Made by a program: the position numbers and the translations under genes. The notes under the pieces were generated by a model. It was not told where the DNA came from. It was given only the letters and a program-made list of their open reading frames with translations, and did no database searches. Shown in pieces: positions 35,758-45,920 of a stretch of 64,000 nucleotides of DNA. Location: the NCBI RefSeq assembly GCF_020745735.1, contig NC_083435.1, forward strand, positions 13,485,201 through 13,549,200, in the 5' to 3' direction. The DNA comes from Hemiscyllium ocellatum. Taxonomy: Eukaryota. Each line of letters begins with the position of its first letter. Position 1 is the first letter of the stretch.

Positions 35758-36139
35758 AGCACATATTTCCCCCATTTCCCCATCTCCCCTCACCACCACC
35801 CCGCTCACCCCATGAAAACATTAGCAGATTGTGTATCGTGTGGTAGCATTCTTACCCCGATAAAAAATACCGTTTTCCAACCGCCTCAGTCAAAGAATGG
35901 CTCAAAATAAGCGGGAGTAATGATAATGTGGTGACCTCTGGTGGTAATGTTGCGGTACTGAAGCCGAGTGAACAATATTATCCACAATGCTTTTTGCTTG
36001 ACTGGAGATTTGAGCGCCGGAGTGAACGCAAGAGTGTATTCATGTCTTCCCGTGTTGCATAGCTGATTGCATAGTTCAGCGATTATACTATCAAGGAAGC
36101 AAAGACCTCAAGTTCAAATACCAAAAAAAGATAAACTGG

Positions 36140-36960
36140 GATTGAATTGAATGAATTTTTTGCCATGAGGGAAAGATATCGAGGATTTTGACTCAGCAAC
36201 AGTGAAGGGACTGTGACATATTTCCAATTCAGGATGGTGTGTGGTTTGGAGGGAAACTTTCAGTTGGTGATATTCCCACGTATCTATTGTCCTTTACTTG
36301 TAGATGGTAGTGGTCATGTGTTGGGAAGGTGCTCTCTAAGGAGATTAGTGAATTTCTGCAGTTCATGTTGTAGATATCATGTGCAGTTGTTATTAGGGCT
36401 ATTAGGAGAGGGAATAAATGTTTGCCCATGAGGCACCAATCAAGGGAGCTGATTTTTTTTTCCTCACGGTATCAACCTTCTTGAGTGTTGACGGTGCTGG
36501 ACACATTGAGGCAAGTTGGGAGCATCCCAATACATGTCAATTTTGTGTTTTGTCGAAGATAGATAAGCTTTAAGGAGTCTGTCGATGAATTACTCGTTGC
36601 AGGACTCCTAGCCTCTGACCTGCTCTTGCAGCCATCATGTTCATATGGGAATGCGATTCAGTATCAAGTCAATGGCAACACCAGAATGTTACTATTCGGA
36701 GATTCAGAGATGGCACTGCTATTGAATTTCATTGTGCAATGGTTAGAATCTTTCTTGTTGGGAAGACATTGTCTGTCACTCACGAGGCAAATATTATTAA
36801 CCAATTATCAGTTCAAACCTGGATATTGTCCAGGTCCTGCTGCATTTAGGCATGAATATCTTTGGTACCTGAGGAGTTGCAATTGGTGCAGAACACTGTA
36901 CAATCATTTGCAAATGTTTCCACTTCTAACGATATCATGGAGTAAAGGTCATTGCCTAAC
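36140..36960 (-). mobile_element. Decayed CR1/L2-clade LINE fragment, similar to the 4655..5400 family
   Basis: Minus-strand RT C-terminal nucleotide similarity. Confidence 0.55.
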
Positions 36961-37959
36961 ACTTCACCCTGGTGATCATTTAACCCATCGAGCCTGACCT
37001 ATCATTCAATTACATCATGGCTTGCATCTACCTCAATGCCACTTTCCAACAATATCTCCTTATCTAATACTAACATTAGGCTCCATAAATTGATTGATTT
37101 GCATCCAGAACCTGCTGAATGGTTGAGCTTCCATGTCACTTTGGGGTAGAAAATTCCAAACAGTCACCATCCTCTAAGTAAAGAGATCCTTCTTTATCTC
37201 AGCCTGACTATTTTCTTTATGAGACTGCATTCCCTGATTATAGAATCAGAAGCCAGAGGAAATAGCCAATGTTTGCCCTGTAACACCCTGTAAACGTTTC
37301 ATAAACTTCAATGTGCTCAGTTGGTTGAATGGCTGATTTGCAATGCCAGAGAGAGTGAGAGACGCCAACAGAGTGAGTTTAATTCCAGCACCGGCTGAGT
37401 TACCATGAGTGTTCAACCTTCTCAACCTCATTCCTCGCCTGGGGCATGGTGACCCTCAGGACAAGCTCACTGCCTGACGTATATCCAAAAGAAGACCAAC
37501 CATATTGTGACTTTGCACCAAGCTCCTATATCTGCTGTGCCCAGAAGATGGCTAATTCTGCATCAGAATCTTCAGCCATGAGAAAACTCATAGGAAATGC
37601 TGACGTTATTTACAGCATAGCTCATGATGTGGAGCTGATCATGGACTTGTTTATTTCGAAGGTATAACAGCCTTCAGTAGAATGCAGAAGATTTTTAATT
37701 TTGTTGTCATGCGTGCTCAAGTACAAAAGTACAGGAGTACAGTGAAAAGTGTACAAGACGCTATCTAACGTACAAGTACCTAGGTACAGACCTTAAGAGC
37801 AAGGTAGAAAGAAAGAACGACGTTAAAAGTTTAATATTGCAGTAATTATAGTAAAACATATAAAGTAAAGTTAAAGTTACACAGTGAAGACCTTCTTTGT
37901 TTTAAGTTAAATAAGGAGTTAAAGCTGGAAGTTCAAATATTGCAGAGAATACTGAGATA

Positions 37960-39545
37960 CAGGCTACTAGACTAGGTGGGATTGCGGTTCACAAGGAAGA
38001 GGTATTAGAAATCCCACAAAGTGTGAAGATAAGTCTCCTGGGACGGATGAGATTTATCCTAGGTTCCTCTAGGAAGCCAGGGAGGAGATTGTCGAGCCTT
38101 TGGCATTGATCTTTAAATCGTCATTGTCTACAGGAATAGTGCCAGAAGACTGGAGGATAGCAAATGTGGTTCCACTTTTCAAGAAGGTGAGTAGAGACAA
38201 CTCTGGCAATTATAGAGCAGTGAGCCTTACTACAATTGTTGGTAAAGTGTTAGAAAAGGGTTTAAGCGATAGGATTTATGATAATCTAGATTAGGGATAG
38301 TCAGCAAGGTTTTGTGAAGGGTAGGTCATGCCTCACAAACCTTATTGAGTTCTTTGAGAAGGTGACCAAACAGGTAGATGAGAGTAAACCAGTTGATGTG
38401 GTGCATATGGATTTCAGCAAGGCGTTCGATAAGGTTCCCACAGTAGGCAATTGTACAAAATGTGGAGGAATGGGATTGTGGGAGATATAGCAGTTTGGAT
38501 CAGTAATTGGCTTGCTGAAAGAAGGAAGAGGGTGGTGATTGATGGGAAATGTTCATCCTGGGGTCCAGTCACTAGTGGTGTACCGCAAGGGTCGGTGTTG
38601 GGTCACTGCTGTTCGTCATTTTTATAAACCACCTGGATGAGGGCGTAGAAGGGTGGGTTAGTACATTTGCAGATGACACTAAGGTCAGTGGAGTTGTGGA
38701 TAGTGACGAAGGATGTTGTAGGTTACAGAGAGACATAGATAAGCTGCAGAGCTGGGCTGAGAGGTGGCAAATGGAGTTTAATGCGGACAAGTGTGAGGTG
38801 ATTCACTTTGGTCGGAGTAACCGGAATGCAAAGTACTGGGCTAATGGTAAGATTCTTGGTAGTGTAGATGAGCAGAGAGACCTCGGTGTCCAGGTACACA
38901 GATCCTTAAAAGTTGCCACCCAGGTTAACAGGGTTGTTAAGAAGGCAGACAGTGTTTTAGCTTTTATTAATAGAGGGATCGAGTTCCGAAACCATGAGGT
39001 TATGCTACAGCTGTACAAAACTCTGGTGCGGCTGCAATTGGCGTATTGTGTGCAGTTCTTGTCACCGCATTATAAGAAGGACGTGGAAGCTTTGGAAAGG
39101 GTGCAAAGGAGATTTACTAGGATGTTGCCTGGTATGGAGGGAAGGTCTTACTAGGAAAGGCTGAGGGACTTGAGGTTGTTTTCGTTGGAGAGAAGAAGGT
39201 TGAGAGGTGACTTAATAGAGACATATAAGATAATCAGAGGGTTAGATAGGGTGGACAGGGGGAGCCTTTTCCAAATATGGTGACGGCGAGCATGAGGGGC
39301 CATAGCTTTAAATTTAGGGGTGATAGCTATAGGACAGATGTCAGAGGTCATTTCTTTACTCAGAGAGTAGTAAGGGTATGGAATGCTTTGCCTGCAACGG
39401 TAGTAGATTCGCCAACTTTAAGTACATTTAAGTCGTCATTGGACATGAGTATAGTGTAGGTTAGATGGGCTTCAGATTGGTAGGACAGATCGACGCAACA
39501 TCGAGGGCCGAAGGGCCTGTACTGCGCTGTAATGTTCTATATTCT
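37960..39545 (+). mobile_element. CR1 LINE RT through 3' end
   Basis: ORFs 38100..38294 and 38696..39154 ([33 protein letters not shown]), tail GGGCCGAAGGGCCTGTACTG. Confidence 0.92.
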
Positions 39546-39559
39546 ATGCTGTTCTCATT

Positions 39560-40470
39560 TTTTTCCATGTCTTCCACCTCCCGTCTGTTGTCTGTTTCAT
39601 CATCATTTGAGATTCGAACGATTGTGGTGGTGTCATCAGCAAGTTGTAAATGGCATTCGTCTGGTATTTGGGTATACAGTGAGTACTGTAGGGGCAGAGT
39701 ATGCACCCATGGGGGGCTTCAGTATTGAAATTTAGTGAGGATGAAATATTGTCCCCAATATGCACTGATTGTGGCTTGTGGGTCAGGAAACTGAGGATCC
39801 AGTTGCAGTGAGTGGGACTTAGCCCGAAATCACTAAGTTTAGTAATCAGTCTCGAGGGGATAATAGTGTTGAAGGCTGAACTGTAGAGAATGAGTCGGAT
39901 TCTTACGTAGCTGTTCTTGGTGTCAAGATTTTCTAGGGAGGAGTGAAAGGCAAGTGAAATGGCATCTGATGTGGGTATGTTGGTCCGATAAGCAAATTGG
40001 AGTGAGTCAAGAGTAGTGGGGAGGCCAGGAGTTAATTAATGCCATGACCAGCCTTTTAAAGCACTTCATGACCACCGAAATTAGGACGACTGGGCAGTAG
40101 TCATTGAGGCATGTTACATGAGCCTTCTTAGACACAGTGATGATGTTGTTCCTTTTGAAACAGGCAGGAACGGTGGCCTGCTGCAGGGAGAGGTTGAAGA
40201 TGTCTGAGAAGACCTCTGCCAGTTGATCTGCACATGCTCTGAGTGCATGGCCTGGTACTCCATCTGATCCCATCATTTTCCTTGGATTCACACAAAGGAA
40301 AACTGATCTGACCTCTGATGCAGTGACTGTTGGGATAGGTTCGTCAGGACTTGTCAGAATAGGCGTTATCTCTCCTCTGAAATTCTACTCAGATCGAGCA
40401 TCGAAGTTATTGAGACGATCTGGGAGGGATGTGCGTCGTCTACTATCTTGCACTGTCTCTTTTTAGAACC
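39560..40470 (-). mobile_element. Rex1/Babar-clade LINE RT fragment
   Basis: ORF 40007..40291 DGVPGHALRACADQLAEVFSDIFNLSL..CLNDYCPVVL.SVVMKCF. Confidence 0.85.
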
Positions 40471-42129
40471 TGTCATGTCATTCAGTCCTTGCCATAGTCT
40501 CTTGGTGCTGAATATGAATTGACTTCCAGACGTTGTGGGTTGCTGGAATAAAAGATGGGAGACATGTAAGAGGCACAGGAAATGGTTAGTAACAAATTAT
40601 GCTCGAGAATTTGAGTACTTGGACGAAGAAATAATCTATCAAAGTCATCAAGCGCATTTCTTCCAATGATCTTCAATGGTTATTTTCTCCTCTGAACTAA
40701 AGAAACAAGGACAAGGTGCCAATTTGTGGGGCAATTGGAAAAATAGTAGTTTCCACAGGGGAGCCCAAAAACAATAAGAAGGAAGGAGAACTGAGGCAGA
40801 GCAGAGCAACAAGTACAGATCATGGTATATTGCATATTTTCCCCATCAGGCTTTGTACCATTGTTGGCTGTAAGCATGCTGTAATTTATCTGAAGTAATC
40901 ATGATAGTAGCTTCAGATTAATGAGATAGGGAATGTGTTAAGTTTCAACCATTGACTGCATTAATCAATAACTTGGACGATGGGATTGAAAGCCATGTAT
41001 CCAATAATTGTCAATGGTACAAATGTTTGCTAGAAATATTGTTATGGATTTTGCTGGGGTTATGAAGTTATAAAGGGATCATAACAGATAGTTGAACGGA
41101 CAATGCTCAATTTTAATTCAATGTGAAGTCACCCAATCTGGATCTAAAAATGATAAATCATTTTCACCTGTAAAAGAAATTAAACATTGAAGGTTCAAAG
41201 AGATTTGAAGTGACAGAAACACAGAACTTTTAATGTCCGAATTTTCTGGATAATCTTGACTTACAAAAAAGGATACTGGCGTTGTGCGACTGAAGAGGAT
41301 TAATGAATTGCTTCTAAGATAGTGGTAACGGCGGGTTGCAGCGTTTGACTCTTGAACATGGCTCAGGGCTCGGGCGGCAGGTTCTGCCGCATCCAAACGG
41401 CTTCATTGCCGTCTTTCCAGTTCCGTAACGTTTTTATTTTGCTTTGGTTGCCCTGGGACCGGTTCCTGACTCCCTCCTGCGAGAGGCTGGGGTCCCCGGT
41501 ATCTCCATCCCCGCTCCATCTTGGGTGGCGACAGGATCCCGAGTGTTCATTCGGAGCCAGGACCTGTCAGTCGGAGGAGGTGCTGAATCCGCGCAGCTTG
41601 ACCGTCTCCAGCTCGGGGGTGGTGGATGCGGAAGCGATGGCGCAGTGGCTGCAGTAAAAGAGCACATTGCCAGGTCCCTGGAGCATAGGAGGCTGATGTT
41701 AACGAGGTCTATAAAATCATGAGGAGTACAGATAATGTGAATGGCAGGTGTCATTTCCCATAGGGTCGGGGAGTTCAAGACATGGGGGCATAATTTTAAG
41801 GTGAAAGAATAAATGAACAAGTGATAATATTAAATAAATGTAGGCAGCAGGTACAAGATGTGTGTAACGCACTAGAACATTGTATATGTCTCAGAAATCT
41901 AAATGTTGCTTACATCTCAAAAATAAATAGGGACATAAATAGGGATACTCTTAACTGGTCAGAAATGATCAAGAGCAAATTTCGATAACAACACGTGATC
42001 TAAACGATGACCACGATCACACAGGCTTTGAATTTGTGTTGGCATCCCGACGCTTGGATTCATTCATTAAACTGACGCACCGCGAACTTGTCCAAAACGG
42101 CGCAGGCGTAAACAGGACAAACACTGTAA

Positions 42130-42143
42130 CCGGAAATGACGTC
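42130..42143 (+). promoter_or_regulatory. ETS-CRE composite motif in a CpG-retaining patch
   Basis: CCGGAAATGACGTC versus the known CCGGAAGTGACGTCA promoter motif. Confidence 0.4.
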
Positions 42144-42747
42144 GAAAGAACCTGTCACAATTATATCAATGAGTGATCAATATTCTACCTTTGAGATCAA
42201 CTGAAGTTATGGTGCTGCAGTTGTCATCGGAAGGTATTGTTTCATTCAGTCTGTGAGCAATGTAGCAGTCATTTCGACCGAGCGGCGAGATTCTTTCGTT
42301 TGATAGATCTAATGCAGGAATGCTCTATTATACCTAAGCTAAAAATGATTATTATTATGATAATTTGAAATACTAACTACGGTGGCTTATTCTTGAATTT
42401 CAACGAGCGGATACAATGGGCCCAAAATCTTTCTCGTGCTGCAAAATTTCTACGGCTCTGTCAGCCGTGTCTCAGTTAGTTGCATACACACACACACACA
42501 CAAACCTTTGAGTTGGAAGGTTGAAGGTCCAAGTATCGATCCAAAGCTTAATCTCTAATATTCACACTGACATGTGTAGGTGGTAAGGGGTTTTGAGCTG
42601 TCGGAGGTGCCTTCATTCAGATTCATGTCCAGTACGGCCTTTGTCCGCTTTCTCAGGTGTGCGTGGCCAATTGGGATGGAGAGCGAATTGAGAGCCCTCA
42701 GTGTCCTGGGGGAATAATTCTCCCTTAAGCAGCAGGAAAAGAAAAAA

Positions 42748-43033
42748 GGCGGCACGGTGGATCAGTGGTAAGTACTGCTGCCTCACAGCCCCAGAGTTCG
42801 ATTCCAGCCTCGGGTGACTGTCTGTGTGGAGTTTGCACGTTCTCCCCGTGTCTGCGTGGGTTTCCTCCAGCAGCCCAAAAATGTGCATTTCAGGTGAATT
42901 GGCCATGTTAAATTGCCACAATGTTAGGTGCATGAGTCAAAGAGAAGCTGGTCCTGGTGGTTTACTCTTCAGAGATCGGTGTGAGTCGCTGGGCCGAAGG
43001 GCCTGTTTCCACACTGTAGGGAATCTAATCAAA
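42748..43033 (+). mobile_element. HE1/V-SINE
   Basis: GGCGGCACGGTGG head, V-domain, tail. Confidence 0.9.
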
Positions 43034-44169
43034 TATTAGCCCTTTTAGCGGGTGCTTGCTGTGTACGCACTTTCTGCCGTGTTTTCTACTAACATGTGAA
43101 TTAGAAGCAGGAGCAGCGCTCCAAAAGCTAGTGCTTCCAATTAAACCTGTTGGACTATAACCTGGTGTTGTGTGATTTTTAAGTTTATGTAGGATTCTTA
43201 TCTTTTTATCTTTCTTTCTCCCCGATTGTTGTAAGATAAAGATAATAAAAGATAATGATTAGGTACACCACTAAATTTTTTTTGACGATGTAGAATGGAT
43301 ATCAGCTAAAATGTTCTTAAAATAAACTCTTTTGTTATTAATAGGCAGCCGAGGGACTATGATATGGAATCGATTCATTTGGCTCTTGCTGATGTTCCCG
43401 AGTGAGTAATCCACAATCATGGACATTTTTATATTTGAAGGGAATCCCACCAACGCACATATCCATACACGCACACAGATAATATATGCAGTTTTGCAGA
43501 CACATATAACCTATACATACACGCACATATAAAGCAAATCTTTAATTCTGTACTACAAGGTGCAACCAACAAATTTATTTGTATTTAAGTATATATTTGT
43601 ATTTATTTGTATATAGTGTTTTTAAGATAAGAAATCTTCCGAGCAGCATCAAAATAGATTCAGATTAATTGCTCAAAAAATCCCTCCGCTAATTGCATAC
43701 CTGTGTAATTTGTCTCAGTGACCGTCCAATCCCTCGTGGATTAGGATTATACAAGAGACAGGAGTTGGCCATTTCCAAACTTCCTGAAATCCTGAGCGGT
43801 CAGGTTGCTCCAGAGGAGATGTGGCAATGCAATGTGCCCCAGCGTCGGGGAGTCTAATAGAAAATCGTGCGAGTTTTAAAACGACTCATTTTAACGAAGA
43901 ATCCAACCCCGACGGTGCCCCCCCATTGGTAAACTTGGCTGTCTTCTTCCAGTGTTTTCTCCGTTCATTCTGCTTTCAAGGATTTCGCGGTTCCATAGCC
44001 GTCATTTCCATTTATTAGTTCAATCAATGCTCAGGAAATCAGGACAGAATCATTCAATTCCTACAGTAAGAGAGAAGGCTATTCAGCCCATCGAGTCCGC
44101 GCCGATTCTCCGAAGAGCATCCCATCCACACCTAGCCCTTCACTATACCCTGGCTCGGGCTATTTTCCC

Positions 44170-44720
44170 TGGAGCATCGAGGCTGAAGGGTGACCTTATA
44201 AAAGTTTATAAAATCAAGTAGCATGGATAAGGCGATTATTTTTCCTAGGATGGGGGGAGGGGGACGTGGGATGTTGTCCAAAACTAAAGGGTTTAAGGTT
44301 AGCAGAGAAAGGTATGAAAGAGATCTCAGGGGCAATGCTTTCATACTGTCTGGTACCTGTCTGGAATGAATTGCCAGAGGGAATGGTGGAGACTAGTGCA
44401 ACTTACACATTTAAAAGGCACTTGGATGGGTTTATGAACAGGGAAGGTTTAAAGGCGCATGAGTCAATTGCTGGCAAATGGGATCAGATTAATTTAATAT
44501 ATCTCGTGGGGCGAAGGGTCTGTTTTTGTGCTGTACATCTCTATGACTCTATGGTATTTACCATGGCTAATCCATCTAGCCAGCAGATCCCTGAGCACTA
44601 CAGACAATCTCGGCACAGCAAATTCACCTAAGTTGCACGCTGCTGGAACCTGGGAGGAAAGCCGAGCCGGGGAGAAAGTGCGCACGTGCGTACATCTGAG
44701 ACTGGAATCAAATCCAGGTC
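44170..44720. mobile_element. CR1 3' fragment (+) followed by a partial HE1/V-SINE (-)
   Basis: PVWNELPEGMVET..FKRHLDGFM in ORF 44266..44631; SINE V-domain remnant at 44570..44720. Confidence 0.7.
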
Positions 44721-45566
44721 CGTGACACTCCTGTCACTCGTGTCATCCCGGTCCACACCGACACTGAGACAAATTGCACAGCTACACAATTTGCGGATCG
44801 ATTTTCTTGGCAAATAATCTGAGCCTATTTTGAAGCCGATCTCGAAGTTTCTTAACATAAAGACACGATATAAATACAATTCGGTATGGTTCATTTAATT
44901 GTTAGTAGAATAAAAAAAAACTTAAAACAAACCAGTCAACATGCTTCAAATAGATCAGAGAATCGGAACGTTCCGAGAGCTGCACCACTTGTGATCAAGT
45001 TCGCGAATGGAAAATCAGGGTGCACCCCTTACCGCCCAGTGTGATTCATGAGGCATCGATAACTCAAGCTGCAAAATAAATGCAAAAACTAATTAGGATT
45101 AAAGCGTGAAATGAGCGCTTTTTTGTGCAACAAAGTGGATGAACGACTATTTTACAGAAGCAGCTTTAATTGTTTTAAGGCAGCCACTGGTTTGTCTGTG
45201 AAAGGGAAACTGTTCGTTTAGTGTCCACAAATCAAGACAGTTGGAACCCCATTCCCCAGTATGTTTATGGACCCGAGTTAGGGCAGAAAACCAAGTTTCT
45301 CATTGTGCGTAAATCTGAGTAAAAGGTCGAAAATACTGGAAATAGTCAGTAGTTCAGGCAATGTCTGCCGGCAAATCAAAGGGCATCAATAATGGTTGAA
45401 ACTCAGGAAGTGAAATTTGTTATTCATTACTTAGCAAACGGCTTCTATCTTCATTACCCGCGGGGTTGCTGTTATTTCATTCAGAGTAGAATTTTTTGAC
45501 TGAGGCTATCTGCTGCTACACACAATGTAAAACGGTGTGATTATCCATGAGTTCTTGTCTTTCCAG

Positions 45567-45920
45567 GAATCACTGACTCCAAAGTCACAGTCAAGCAAAC
45601 CCCGGCCTGGATTAACGTTGCCATAGGTGACACATTGAATCTGCACTGCAAATTTAGTGTGGATGCCACCCATTCAGAAAACACGCTGGTTGGTGCCTAC
45701 ACGTGGTACAAAGATTACAAGATGAGTAATGTTTGTAACAACTGCACAGGATATATCGGACGTGTCCAAGAAGCAGGCAAATCTGCCTTTCTCAACTTGA
45801 AACTAGCATCTATATCAATAAACAGGATGAAACTGAACGATACAGGAACTTATTACTGCCAGGTCAAAGTCTTGAACTATGGGCTTGGAACCGGAGAAGG
45901 CACAAGAGTCACAGTAATTG
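45567..45920 (+). CDS. NCR3: Gene B V exon, NKp30-type VJ Ig domain
   Basis: Acceptor TTCTTGTCTTTCCAG/GA, donor ATTG/GTAAAT, 354 nt. Peptide [66 protein letters not shown]. Confidence 0.88.

Larger units (their letters stand above)
35326..35763. mobile_element. Poseidon-type Penelope inverted insertion, TSD TATTTCCCCCATT
   Basis: Minus arm 35326..~35527, plus arm ~35528..35763; direct repeats at 35313..35325 and 35764..35776. Confidence 0.92.

Noticed and set aside
42209-42233. Leader candidate for gene B (MVLQLSSE + phase-1 GTATTG)
   Set aside because: Only 8 codons, too short for a signal peptide; cannot be excluded as part of a split leader
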